A stretch of DNA of 64,000 bases from Mustelus asterias. Lineage: Eukaryota. The stretch covers positions 620,001 through 684,000 of the forward strand of contig NW_027590210.1 in assembly GCF_964213995.1 (NCBI RefSeq), given 5' to 3'. Below the pieces are notes generated by a model. It was not told where the DNA came from and searched no databases. It saw nothing but the letters and a program-made list of their open reading frames with translations. The position numbers and the translations under genes are program-made. Positions 48,801-61,619 of this stretch are shown here, piece by piece (the first letter of the stretch is position 1; each line of letters opens with the position of its first letter).

Positions 48801-50393
48801 TCCTTCCCCTCCATCTTTTCATGTTTAAAATGTGGGGCGCCGTCACGGTGCGGGAAATATGAGGAGGGGAGGAGGGGGGACAGAGCATGAGGGCACAGCA
48901 AGATCCCACACACACAGTCTGAGCAGGGCCAGATACAAAGTGATTTTTAAATGAGGATTGGGGTAAAGTGAGTGGGAAATGAGGGAACCACACGTCTCCC
49001 TCTCTCTCCCTCCACACGAGAGACCCCCAGATCCTGTGTCTCTTCCCCCACCCCCTCACTGCACCCCCCACAAACCTCACCTCTTGCTGCCCTTTCCTGC
49101 TCTCCCTCACTCTCCCCTCTCTGTCTCTCTCTCCCTTTCTCTCTCTCCCCCCCTCTCTGTCTCTTTCTCTCTGTCTCTCTGTAATATGGTTATGAAGCTG
49201 CATATATAAGGTTAAAGATGTGGTGTTTGAGAAATGTAAATATTGAAAAGAAATGCTGAGAAAACCAAAACGAACCATCCAGCGTTGTGTCTTTAGAAAG
49301 CCACACCCACAGATCCCAGCGCCCTGTCTAAAAACACAAGCAGGACTCTGGGATTGAGAACAAGCCTTTCCCCCAGGCTCAGGAATTTGAATTTCAGCTC
49401 CCTCTCCCTCCCGAGTGCTTCACAGTGAGAGGGAGAGAGACTGGGAATGCTGCAATCAGGATCCCACAGGGAGTCCCACACTGCAGGAGGACACCCCCCA
49501 CCCCCAGAGCCTCTGTCTCTATCCCCCTACCCCCCTCCACTGAGCCCCCCCACACTCCCCACCCATTCTCTGTTCCTCTCTCTCTACCCCACCCGCCTTC
49601 CCCTCCATCTTTTCATGTTTAAAGCATGGGGCTCTGTCATAGTGTGAGGAATATGGGGCAGGGGGACAGAGCATGAGTGCACAGCAAGATCCCACACACA
49701 GCTTGAACAGGGCCAGATACAAAGTGATTTTGAAGTGAGGATTGGGGTGAAGTGAGTGGGAAATGAGGGAACCACACGTCTCCCTCTCTCTCCCCTCCAT
49801 CTCTCCCCCACCCCAAATGAAAATAATAAGTCACTCCAGCATTGGTGCTGTTAGTACATTCGATCTGAACAGGGAACCTTCCACTTCGAGCAGAGTCCCA
49901 CCTCTCTCTGATTCCCTCTTTCTCTCGCTGTTTCTCTCTCCCTCTATCTCTGAACCTGTCCAGCCCCCTCTGTGTCTCTTTTGCTTTCCCCCCAGATCTA
50001 TATATATCCAAACCCCATCTCTGCCCCGGTCTCTCCTACTCTGGATAATCTGTCCTGATCTCTGCTCTGTTTCTCCGTCTGGGGATGAATGGGGATTAAA
50101 ATGCTCTCTCTGATAAGTTTCTGTCTGACCGTTTCAAATAATGACGTGTTGTGGGCCACGTTTGCTATTTCTCAGTGATTTCCATGGGGAAATGGGGAGG
50201 GAAGCTCCTCCTGCAAAGCCAGATCTCTCTCTCACTGCAATGTGGCAGCAGCCAGATTCCAATATCTTTACAACACATCAAATATGAGGAAAATATATTT
50301 TCAAACACAACAGCACAGATTCAGCCTCAGTGACACAGTCGCTGTTTCTAAATCCCACCTTCTGGGAGGCTGTGAGTGAGGGTCTTTATCTCA
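45863..50393 (+). repeat. Local segmental duplication: ~45863-46980 recurs at ~49300-50390, with a partial third copy at ~48640-49010
   Basis: Long near-identical stretches; the same ORF peptides are predicted at both positions. Confidence 0.85.
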
Positions 50394-53300
50394 GAGTAAA
50401 GTATAAAGTAAAGTTTATTTCTTAGTCACAAGTAAGGCTTACATTAACACTGCAATGAAGTTACTGTGAAATTCTCCTAGTCGCCACACTCTGGTGCCTG
50501 TTAATGCACCAGAGTGGGTTAATGCACCGAACCAGAGACTGGGGAGCTGGGTGGGCTGTGAGTGCACAGCGGAGGCTCCCCCCCCCCCCCCCCCCAGCTA
50601 ACCCACTCCCCTCCAATCTCTCTCCTCTCCCTGCCCCTCTGCCTTTGCCCTCTCTCTCTCTCTCTCTGTTACCATCCCTTTCTCTCTCTCTCTCTCTCTC
50701 CCTCCCTGATAACTCTCAATCACGGGAGAAAGATTGAAGAGAAAGAGATATAGCAGGAAAACCCACAATCACATCCCAAATCCAATGAAAGGGTTGACCA
50801 GGATGTTGCCTGGTATGGAGGGTATTGGCTGTGAGGATTGATTGAATAAACTGGGATTGTTCTCCCTGGAAAGACGGAGGCTGAGGGACGACCAGCTGGA
50901 AGTTTATAAAATTATGAGGGGTGTGGCGAGGATAAACAGTTGGGAGCTTTTTCCCAGGACAGAAATGATAATTACAAGGGGAACAAGTTCAAGATAAGGG
51001 GGGAAAGGTTGAGTGGAGATGTGCGGGGAAGGTTTTTACACAGAGGGTGGTGGGGGCCTGGAATGCGCTGCCAAGTGAGGTGGTTGGGGCAGATACATTA
51101 GTGACATTTAAGACTTATCTGGATAGACACATGAACAAACGGGGTAGAGAGGGATACAGGCCATTGGTCTCGATAGGTAAACATGATCGGCGCAGGCTTG
51201 GAGGGCCAAAGGACCTGTTCCTGTGCTGTGCTGTTCTTTGTATTAAAGTGTCTGCTGCAGGTTTTATTCGACCGTCGAGTCCCATCGATTTAAACACAGG
51301 CACTGTTTGGAAAAGGAGCAAAATGCAAAAGCCTTCCTGAGGTTAGGCCTGGGATTGAGGCCTGGTCACAGAGGCTGCATTATACATCCTGGACAAAGAA
51401 CAGGTTCCCCAGGCCCCGGCCAGTTCACCAGAACAATCCCCTCCAGTCCCGAAACCTCCCGGACAGGGCCTGGGAGGAGGGAGGGGGGAAAAGGGAACCT
51501 GTGGTGCCCCCACCCCCTTTCCCCTTCCACCCTCCCCTCACACCGCACGCAGCCCCCATTACAGAATCACAGAATCCTACAGTACAGAAGGAGGCCATTC
51601 GGCCCATCAGGTCTACACCAACCACATTCCCATCCAGGCCCCATCCTNNNNNNNNNNNNNNNNNNNNNNNNNNNNNNNNNNNNNNNNNNNNNNNNNNNNN
51701 NNNNNNNNNNNNNNNNNNNNNNNNNNNNNNNNNNNNNNNNNNNNNNNNNNNNNNNNNNNNNNNNNNNNNNNNNNNNCTCTCCCGATCTCTCTCTCCCTGT
51801 CCAATATTGTTATGAAGTTGCGTATATCAGGTTAAAAATGTGGTGTTTGACAAATGAAAATATTGAAAAGAAATGCTGAGAAAACCAAAACGAACCATCC
51901 AGCGTTGTGTCTTTAGAAAGCCTGTGTCTCTGTGCTGGGGATTTTAAACTGCAGAAAGCAGGGCTGCAGAACACAACTTTACAACATTTGTGTCCAAAGC
52001 AGCAGCCAGAGTCCCAGCAGAGCAAAACAGGCTTTGAACTGGACCGATGATTTTAAAACAAGCTCTCAAACGCACACAACCAATTGCATTCAAATTGGGG
52101 CGTTGGTGACAGCCTCAAGCCACTCAAATTGCAGGAATACTGTGAGGAAATTCTGGGTATTTAAACCTGGGACAGGGGGAAATAACGGGGAGGGAGCGAC
52201 CTTGCTGCCTCTTTAGATTGAAGGGGGGAGAGTCTGATACTGAATCCTGCAGTAATATATACAGCTTCATCACATCACCATCTAAATAGAAGCAGAAACC
52301 AACTCAGAAAGTATTCCAGACCCAAGCAGCAGAAGCAAGTTCACACTTCCAACAGACGCCTGGTTATTCGAGGGTGACTCTATTCTGTAATGATTTATTT
52401 CATTATTCCTGAGTGAGTCTTGTCCTTGGAACAGCATTCTATTGGGGAGTTTATTCAGTTTGTTCATTGTTTTAATAAGGTTGTCACCCAGTCTAAATTA
52501 AAGACCTGTTTGGTTGTTCCTGATGGAGAGAGTGTCAGATCTTGCTTTAATTTACCAATTTCTCCCACAGTCCAAAGCTGTGCGGGTTGGGTGGATTGGC
52601 CGTGTTAAATTGACCCCAGTGTCAGGGGGATTAGCAGGTTAAAAGTGTGGGGTTACGGGAATAGGGCCTGGGTGGGATTGTGGTCGGTACAGACTAGATG
52701 GGCCGAATGACGACCTCCTGCACTGTAGGGATTGAATGTCTAAAACCAGTCGCTTCCTCCTGTCTCTCACACACTTATTTAAGATTACGAGGCGAGGTGT
52801 ATCCCTTTAGGGGGTTACAAAATAGCGCAGAGGGAAACATCACCTCAGAGTGGTAACAATATTTATAATCCCACAATCACACACCCACCCTCCCTTAGTC
52901 AATGAATGAATGATTCAAATGACAATGAAGGTAATTCTGCACAGCAAGATCCCACTGCCAGTCCCACAGTGGAGGAGGACACCCCCAGACTCTGTGTCTC
53001 TTTCCCCCTGCCCCTCCTGAGACCCTCTCACACCTCCCCCACCCCTCTCTGTTTAGCTCTCCCTCCATTTCTCTATCTCTCTCTCTGCCTCCTCCGCCTC
53101 CCCAACCCTTCTCCTTCCCCTCAATCTTTCCTGTTTAAAGTTCTGCTCACGGGTCACAGTGCGAGGAATAGGGAGCCAGACCCACCTGTGTGCACAGCAA
53201 GATCCCACACACACAACCTGGTGAGGGCCAGATTAAATAAATGTTGTGGGTGAGGACTGCAGGAGAGTGTGTGGGAAATGGGATCCACTCCTCTCTCTCT

Positions 53301-54125
53301 CTCTCTCTCCCCAAATTAAATTGACAACAATTCACATTGGTGTTTTCTTAAACATTTTATTGAAAGATGAAATATAGACAGGAATGTCTGGGGAGAGAGA
53401 GAGGGGAGGGGTGCTGGGATTGGTAAGAACACTGGAGAGACAGAGAAATTCTATACCCCCCCCCCCATCCAAATAGAAATTCCTGGGAAAAGAGAGAGAG
53501 AAAAGAATCTGGAGTCACACAGCACAGAAACAGGCCCTTCGGCCCACCAGCTCCATGCTGGCCATCAAATCCCAATCTATCCTCCTCCCATTCCCCAGCA
53601 CTTGCTCAAGAGCCTACGATGCCTCGGTGATTAAAGTGCTTGAATTTACCCGACCCCTTTTCAAGCTTTTTCCTTGAACCCACTTTGCGGTCCCTGAGCC
53701 AGATTTTGTTTGAAAATAAAAAGTGTGGGCGCTGTTGCTGTGCAGGCAAAGGCCACAGGCCCAGTGTGTGCACAGCAAGATCCCACAGTAGCAGCAGCAA
53801 TGTGAACCTGAATCAGATGGGACACAGTCCTCCCCCCACCCCTCCCCCACTCTCTTGCCTGCTGTGAGCCCCCTTCCCCACTCACTACCCTGTGTGTGTC
53901 TGTGTGTGTGTGTCTGCATCATCCCAAATCTCCAGAAAGGCCGGAACTCCCTCTTAAAAGTAACCCATTTTAAAACTAAAATCCCTGTGGTGCACAGCAA
54001 GATCCCACAAAGTGCAGTCAGCTGTGTTGAGCATTTTTTAAATTTGGGAATTGTTTATACAGAGTGAGGGAGCCAGAGAGGGGCTGAGACAGTGAAATCC
54101 CTCTCTCAGGACCCTCAGAATTAAA
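47353..54125 (+). repeat. Local segmental duplication: ~47353-48200 recurs at ~53313-54125
   Basis: Colinear homologous sequence. Confidence 0.8.
50790..51240 (+). mobile_element. CR1 3' fragment
   Basis: LGLFSLERRRLR...VVGAWNALP motifs and a 3' tail. Confidence 0.8.
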
Positions 54126-55799
54126 CTGGAGACCCTGTCCCTCACTGAAACCCCCCCTCCCTCTAACAGCCTGTGTCTCTCCCCCTGCATCTAACCCACA
54201 ACTCCAGCTGTTTCCATCCCTCCCTCTTCCTCTCTCTCCCTGCCTCTCTGTCTCCATCTGTTTCTGCTCGAGAAGAGACAGGGAGAGAGAGGACAGGGAG
54301 AGAGAGAGACGGGGAGAGACAGAGATAAAGCGAGAGAGACAGATATTTGATAATTAATTGTGTATGGTCGCATTATTGAGTGTGGTTTAATTTGGTGATT
54401 TTTTTATACAGAGAGGCAGAGAGAGAGGTGAAGACAGTGACATTCTCCCCCTGGCACCCTCGCAAGTTCAAAGACACAAAAGCTGCAGACACTCTCACAC
54501 ACAAACTGGGTTTGGTAAGTTTCCCAATCTCTGCAGCTTCCCATGTGGCCCAGGGTTTGAATTGAAATTTAAAAGCAGCTTGGAGAGACTGCAGGATTTT
54601 TGAGTTGAGTTTCTCCCCCCCCCCCCTCACCCTGTAAATATAAAATAGAAATTCCTGGATTAAAATATTCCCTTGGACAGAGCAGAGGGAATGTGTGAGT
54701 GGTGTGTGTGTGTGTCTGAGACCTGGGCTGGATTTGGGAATATCTGCCTGCTGAAGAGGGTCAGTGAAACCATCCTGGCTGAATATCTCATCGCTAAAGA
54801 GTCACAGAGAGAGATATCTGATCAATAAATGTGTTACTGAACCCACTCTGGATGCTCCCTCTATCTCTGTCTTTCTCACTAACTTCATTGCAGTGTTAAT
54901 GTAAGCCTTGTGACACTAAGAAATAAACTTTAAATCTTTCAACTTTAAAAACTCTCTCTTTCTGTCTCTCTCAGTAACTGCAGCGTTAATGTAAGCCTTA
55001 CTTGTGACACGAATAAACAAACTTTAAAACTTTAAATATCCTCTCTGTCTCTTTCTGTCTCTTTATCTATGTCTCTGTCTCTGTGTGTCTCTGTCTCTCT
55101 CAGTAACTTCATTGCAGTGTTAATGTAAGCCTTACTTGTGACACTAATAATCAAACTTTAAAACTTTCAACTTTAAAACCTCTGTCTGTGTGTCTCTGTC
55201 TCAATTCAGACACTAGTTCAGTGCCAGGTTGAGAGGGGGTCAGTATTGAGCAGAGTGGGAGGCAGTTTGATACAAAGTTTGCAGAAACTGCAGCGAGTGT
55301 TTGTAAACATGTTGGGGTTGTGGAAAGGTCAGTGTGTAACAAGCTGAGGGAAGGTGTTTCCACTTCACATGTGGCTACTTTTTGACAGAGTTACCTTTGC
55401 ATCTACAGGGAGCTCTGAAGCCTCATGGCTTTCTGCCTGCCTCTGTTTGAACAGTTTAATATGTTTCAGCACTGAGACCTCTGGCCCTTGTTGGGAATAT
55501 CAGTCTCCCAGAATACCAGTATACCTGACTGCCCACCTCCCCGCCCGCCAACCCCAGCCCCCAACCCTGTGTGTGTGTTGTCCCAAGTCTGGAGACTTCC
55601 CCGCAGTCCCCTGAAAGGTTTAAACTGCCTCTGAGAAAACACCCCTTTTTAAAACAAAATCCCCAGCAAGATCCCACAAGGTGCAGTCAGCTGTGTTGAG
55701 TGTTTTGTAATTTGGGAAAAGTTTATACAGAGAGAGAGAGAGAGTGAGGCAGAGAGGGGCTGAGACAGTGAAATCAAACCCCCCGGGACACCCAGAATG

Positions 55800-58700
55800 A
55801 AAATTACACAGCACAAAATCCCAGGATTGCCCCTTTCCAGGTTTTACTGAGAGATTGTCCAACTAAATATTAATTCCTGGGAAAAAGAGGGAGAGAGAGA
55901 GAATAAAGAGAGGCAGAGAGAGGAAGGAAATGGAGAGAAAAGCAGAGAGAAATAGACAGAATGGGGGAAAAGCTGTGGAGAGGATGAAATGAAAATCTGA
56001 ACATCTGTTAACTGAATTGTAAAGGCCTCTGTGAATTTTATTCAACAATTAGGTTCATTGCTCTGTCTCCGACCCCTGTTATTTTAGATTTAAAGCAAAC
56101 TTATAGACAGTTTCATACATAATTTACTCTGCCACCCACCAAAGGGTTAACGTGTTTGCGACTAATTACAAAGCCGGGATATTTTAACCCCAGGGTTTCA
56201 AACTCCAGCCCCCCCTCCCCACAATCGAATCCGAGGAAGCAAGATTAAAATTAAACCTGGATCAGGATAATAAAGAGACAACAACTCACATGCGGCCTAT
56301 AGAACAGGCTTCAGTCCATCCATCCTCCTCTGGAGAAAAGCCCCTTGTCCAAGGATTCCGAGTCCCGTTGCAGTCTTCAAAATTCAAATTCCTGGGGAGA
56401 AGAGAGAAAATAGTTAATTAAAATACAAGAAAATATTTAAATTAAATAGCACAAGAGCCCAGGATTCCCCTTCTCAGATTTTACTGAGAGATTGTCTAAC
56501 TAGATATGAATTCTTGGGGAAAAGAGAGAGAAAATTAATTAAATACAAGAAACCATTGAAATTAAATCTCACCAAAACGCAGGATTCCCCCTTCTCAGTT
56601 ACACAATCTCTCAGAAACATCAGAACAGGCATGAACAGAGAGAGAGAAGTCTACAAACAGAATCTCCTAAAACTGAATTCAAATATCCACAACCCCCCAG
56701 TCCATCCCTGTCTCCCTCTCAGACTCCAGGAGCTGCTCATCTCCCTCTTTCAGTTTGGGAAGGGGCTGCTGATTCCTTCGGGACACTTTTTAAAATCGCC
56801 CTCCCGGGATTGGTTTCTACAACTCCCTCCATCTCCCTTTCACTATCTCCCTCTCTTTTCTCCCTCTGCTCCTGTCTCTCTCACTCAGTGTAAAGATGGA
56901 TGTTCCTGTCTAGATCCTTGTCCCTGTCCCCTCTCTTTCTCACTCGTTGTCTCTGTCCACAGCTGTTTCTTTCCCTCTCTCTCATGTACTCTGCATTGAA
57001 ATGAGCGATGCCATATTCCTGTCTCCCTGTTTACAATAACACAGTTTTTGTTGATTAAAGGTTTAAAGAGACACAAAGGAAGATGGAGCCAGAGAGAGAG
57101 AGCGACATTCTGGAGAGTGATAGACAGATATGGAAGAATGCTCGAGAGAGAGACATTCTGGAGAGTGATGGACAGATATGGAAGAACGCTCGAGAGAGAG
57201 ACATTCTGGTGAGTGATGGACAGATATGGAAGAACGCTCGAGAGAGAGACATTCTGGAGAGTGATAGACAGATATGGAAGAATGCTCGAGAGGGAGAGAG
57301 AGACATTCTGGTGAGTGATGGACAGATATGGAAGAATGCTCGAGAGGGAGAGAGAGACATTCTGGTGAGTGATGGACAGATATGGAAGAATGCTCGAGAG
57401 GGAGAGATGAATGGAAAGAAACAGGAAGGGAGAGAAAGCTGAAGATAGGGGAAAAATACTGGAGAGAGAGACAGAGAGAAATAGAATGGGGAAGAAAGCT
57501 GCAGAGGGGAAGATAAATGCAATGGCTGAACTTCAGAAAATTGAATTGTAATGTCCTCTGTGAATCTTATTTAACATTCGGGTAAATCACTCTCTCCCAC
57601 CCCTGTTATTTTGGATTTGCATCAAACTTTTAGACAGTTTCATATTACAGATATTTAATTTACTCTTTGCCACCCAGCAAAGGGTTAACGTGTTTGCGAC
57701 TAACTGCAATGCCAGGATATTTTAACCACAGGGTTTCAAACTCCACCCCCCCACACCCCACAATCGAACCAGAACTGGTTCATCCGAGGAAGCGAGATTA
57801 AAATTAAACCTGGATCAGGGTAATAAAGAGACGACAACTCACATGCGGCCTATAGAACAGGCCTCAGTCCATCCATCCTCCTCTGGAGAAAAGCCCCTTG
57901 TCCAAGGATTCTCAGTCCCATTGCAGTCTTCAAAATTCAAATTCCTGGGGAGAAGAGAAAATAATGAATTAAGGTACAAGAAAATGTTTAAATTAAATAG
58001 CACAAGAGCCCAGGATTCCCCCTTCTAAGATTTCACTGAGAGATTGTCCAACTAAATATTAATTCCTTGGGAAGAGATAGAATATAATTAATTTAAATAC
58101 AAGAAAATGTTTAAATTTAATACACAAGAGCCCAGGATTCCCCTTTCTCAGTTACACAATCTCTCAGTAAAATCTAAATATTAATTCTTGGGTAAAAGAG
58201 AGAGAAATATATTAAAATACCAGAAAATGTTTAAATTAAATAGCACAAGAGCCCAAGATTCCCCCTTCTCAGATTTTACTGAGAGATTGTCCAACAAAAT
58301 ATTATTTCCTGGGAAAAAGAGGGAGAGAGAGAGGGAATAAAAAAGAGAGACAGATAGAGGAAGGAAAGGGATGGAGAGAGAGAAAGCAGAGAGGAAATAG
58401 ACAGAATGGGGGAAAAGCTGCAGAGAGGACGAAATGAAATTTTGAACTTCTGAAAACTGAATTGTAAAGGCCTCTGTGAATTTTATTCAACAATTAGGAA
58501 CAGCGGTCTGTCTCCCATCCCTGTTATCTTGGATTTAAAACAAATTGAGACAGTTTCATATCACAGACATTTAATTAACTCTTTGCCACCCACCTAAGGG
58601 TTAATGTGTTTGTAACTAATTGCAAAGCCGGGATATTTTAACCCCAGGGTTTCAAACTCCAGCCCCCCCACCCCACAATCGAACCAGGACTGGTTCATCC

Positions 58701-60000
58701 GAGGAAGCGAGATTAAAATTAAACCTGGATCAGGGTAATAAAGAGACGACAACTCACTTGCAGCCTATAGAACAGGCCTCAGTCCATCCATCCTCCTCTG
58801 GAGAAAAGCCCCTTGTCCAAGGATTCCGAGTCATGTTGCAGTCTTCAAAATTCAAATTCCTGGGGAGAAGAGAAAATAATTAATTAAGGTACAAGAAAAT
58901 GTTTAAATTAAATAGCACAAGAGCCCAGGATTCCTCCTTCTAAGATTTCACTGAGAGATTGTTTAACTAAATATGAATTCCTTGGGAAGAGATAGAATAT
59001 AATTAATTTAAATACAAGAAAATGTTGAAATTAAATAGCACAAGAGCCCAGGATTCCCCTTTCTCAGTTACACAATCTCTCAGTAAAAGCTAAATATTAA
59101 TTCTTGGGTAAAAGAGAGAGAAATATATTAAAATACCAGAAAATGTTTAAATTAAATAGCACAAGAGCCCAAGATTCCCCCTTCTCAGATTTTACTGAGA
59201 GATTGTCCAACAAAATATGACTTCCTGGGAAAAAGAGGGAGAGAGAGGGAATAGAAAAGAGAGACAGATAGAGGAAGGAAAGGGAGAGAAAGAGAGAAAG
59301 CGGAGAGAAATAGACAGAATGGCGGAAAAGCTGCAGAGAGGACACAATGAAAGTCTGAACATCTGAAAACTGAATTGTAAAGGCCTCTATGAATTTTATT
59401 CAACAATTAGGAACAGCGCTCTGTCTCCCATCCCCTGTTATCTTGGATTTAAAACTAACTTTCAGACTGCTTCATATTACAGATATTTAATTTACTCTTT
59501 GCCACCCAGCAAAGGGTTAACCTGTTTCTGACTAACTGCAAAGCCAGGATATTTTAACCCCAGGGTTTCAAACTCCAGCTGCCCCCCCACACCCCACAAT
59601 CGAACCAGAACTGGTTCATCCGAGGAAGCGAGATTAAAATTAAACCTGGATCAGGGTAACAAAGAGACAACTCACATGCGGCCTATAGAACAGGCTTCAG
59701 TCCATCCATCCTCCTCTGGAGAAAAGCCCCTTGTCCAAGGATTCCGAGTCCCATTGCAGTCTTCAAAATTCAAATTCCTGGGGAGAAGAGAAAATAATTA
59801 ATTAAAATACAAGAATTCTTTAAATTAAATAGCACAAGAGCCCAGGATTCCCCCTTCTCAGTTACACAATCTCTCAGTAAAATCTAAATATTAATTCTTG
59901 GGGAAAGAGAGAGAAAATAATTAAAATACAAGAAAATATTTAAATTAAATAGCACAGCAAAAAACCCAGGATCTCCTCTCAGTGACACAATCTCTCAGTA
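55800..60000 (+). repeat. Four related ~0.9-kb tandem units with internal AT-rich subrepeats
   Basis: The core 'aagggttaa...gggtttcaaactcca...taaacctggatcagg...ggagaaaagccccttgtccaagg' occurs at ~56140, 57680, 58596 and 59511. Confidence 0.85.
57090..57410 (+). repeat. 48/54-bp minisatellite, about 6 units
   Basis: GAGAGAGAGACATTCTGGWGAGTGATRGACAGATATGGAAGAAYGCTC repeated. Confidence 0.9.
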
Positions 60001-61302
60001 ACACCCAAACACAACAAGTCAGTTGTAAAGCAGAGACTAAAGAGATTGAGACAGTTCCCTCCCTGTGTGTTTCTCTCTCTCTCTCTCTATTCCACTCTCA
60101 TTCAGATCTCGCTCCCTCTGATATGAAACATTAAATCTGGATCAGGTTAATAAACAGACACAACTCACTCGGGATGAAGCCTGAGCAACAGGCCTCAGTC
60201 AGCCCTCCCTCTGGAAGAAGCTCCTCTCTCTCATCCTGGTCACAAACATTCCCGTCCTTTGGATCCTCGACACATCCCCAGTTTTCAAAATTCCTCAGGA
60301 GAAAAAGAGATAAAAATTGGTTAAAAAGAGAGAGAAAAAGAGACAAGGCCATTTTAACAATAAGACACACAACATATCACAGCGAGGAGTCCAGCATTTC
60401 CATTCAAGTCCATTCAGCATCATGTCCACACAAGCAAAGCACAGGTAAAAACGCAGATTGAGACACACACACTGAATCAGAGTGGGAATGTTTTCAGTGC
60501 AGGGGGATTATTGGTGTGGAGACTGAAGGCTCTCAGATTCACATTTATCCTGAGTGTGCTGGATGCAAACCCCACCCTGAGTCTCTGACATGTCTGCAAT
60601 GTCTGTCTCTCTATTGAGATGCTAATTCACCCCCCCTCCCCCTCTCACCCCAGAGGAGTTTGTGGCAATGTCAGACTGACTATTGATATGTTAATGCAGG
60701 GAGGCAATGGATTCTGCAATCTCCTGCCTTTAGTTTCTTTAGTTTAGTTTCAAACTTTATTTCTTTTCCCCTGTAGGTCGTGTTCGTCCATTTCAAAAAC
60801 CCCCTGACCCCCCCACAGCAGCCCTGAAAATCCTTGCAGCCGCTCCCCACAACCCAGCGAGTGGAGGGGGAATGGGGATGTGTGAGTGAGTGGATTGGGG
60901 GGAATGTGTCAGTGTGTGTCTGTCTATCCCCCCCCTCTCTGCTCACACTTCCTGCCCAGCCTGCTGAAGACAGGGAAAGAATGGGAGTTGAACAAAGCCT
61001 CCTCTCTGCCTCCATTTTCAAAGGATTTGCCCCTTTCTCACACCAGTTTTGTCCATTGAGCTGTCCCTATCAATTGGAAAAAAGTTTTATTTATCTCGCT
61101 GTGAGATATGAAGTCACTAATTACTAAATACAGACAAAAACATCCCATTATGAGACACGGAGCTTCAATGGGATTTTAAACTGAAATCCTCGGATGTCAA
61201 TTCCTGAGGTTAAAAGTTTCTAATTCATTAATTTGGATTAAATTAAAACCGGCCAGTATATTCTCACCAGCTGCTTTCTGTTAACTCTCCCCCTTATCAC
61301 CG

Positions 61303-61600
61303 GTGGTTAGCACTGCTGCCTCACAGCGCCAGGGACCCGGGTTTGATTCCCGACTTGGGTCACTGTCTGTGCAGAGTCTGCACGTTCTCCCCGTGTCTGC
61401 GTGGGTTTCCTCCGGGTGCTCCAGTTTCCTCCCACAGTCTGAAAGATGTGCTGGTTAGGGTGCATTGGCCGTGCTAAATTCTCCCTCAGTGTGACCCGAA
61501 CAGGCGCCGGAGTGTGGCGACTAGGGGATTCTCACAGTAACTTCATTGCAGTGTTAATGTAACCCTACTTGTCACACTAGTAGATAAACTGAAACTTAAC
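61303..61600 (+). mobile_element. tRNA-derived SINE with 'cttcattgcagtgttaatgtaa' tail
   Basis: A/B boxes and family core; tail fragments also occur at ~44400, ~50400 and 54880-55180. Confidence 0.8.
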
Positions 61601-61619
61601 ACTCATGCACTGTCCTGCT

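Noticed and set aside
56455-59860. Repeated GGATTCCCC as NF-kB sites
   Set aside because: Imperfect match, and the recurrence is explained by tandem duplication.
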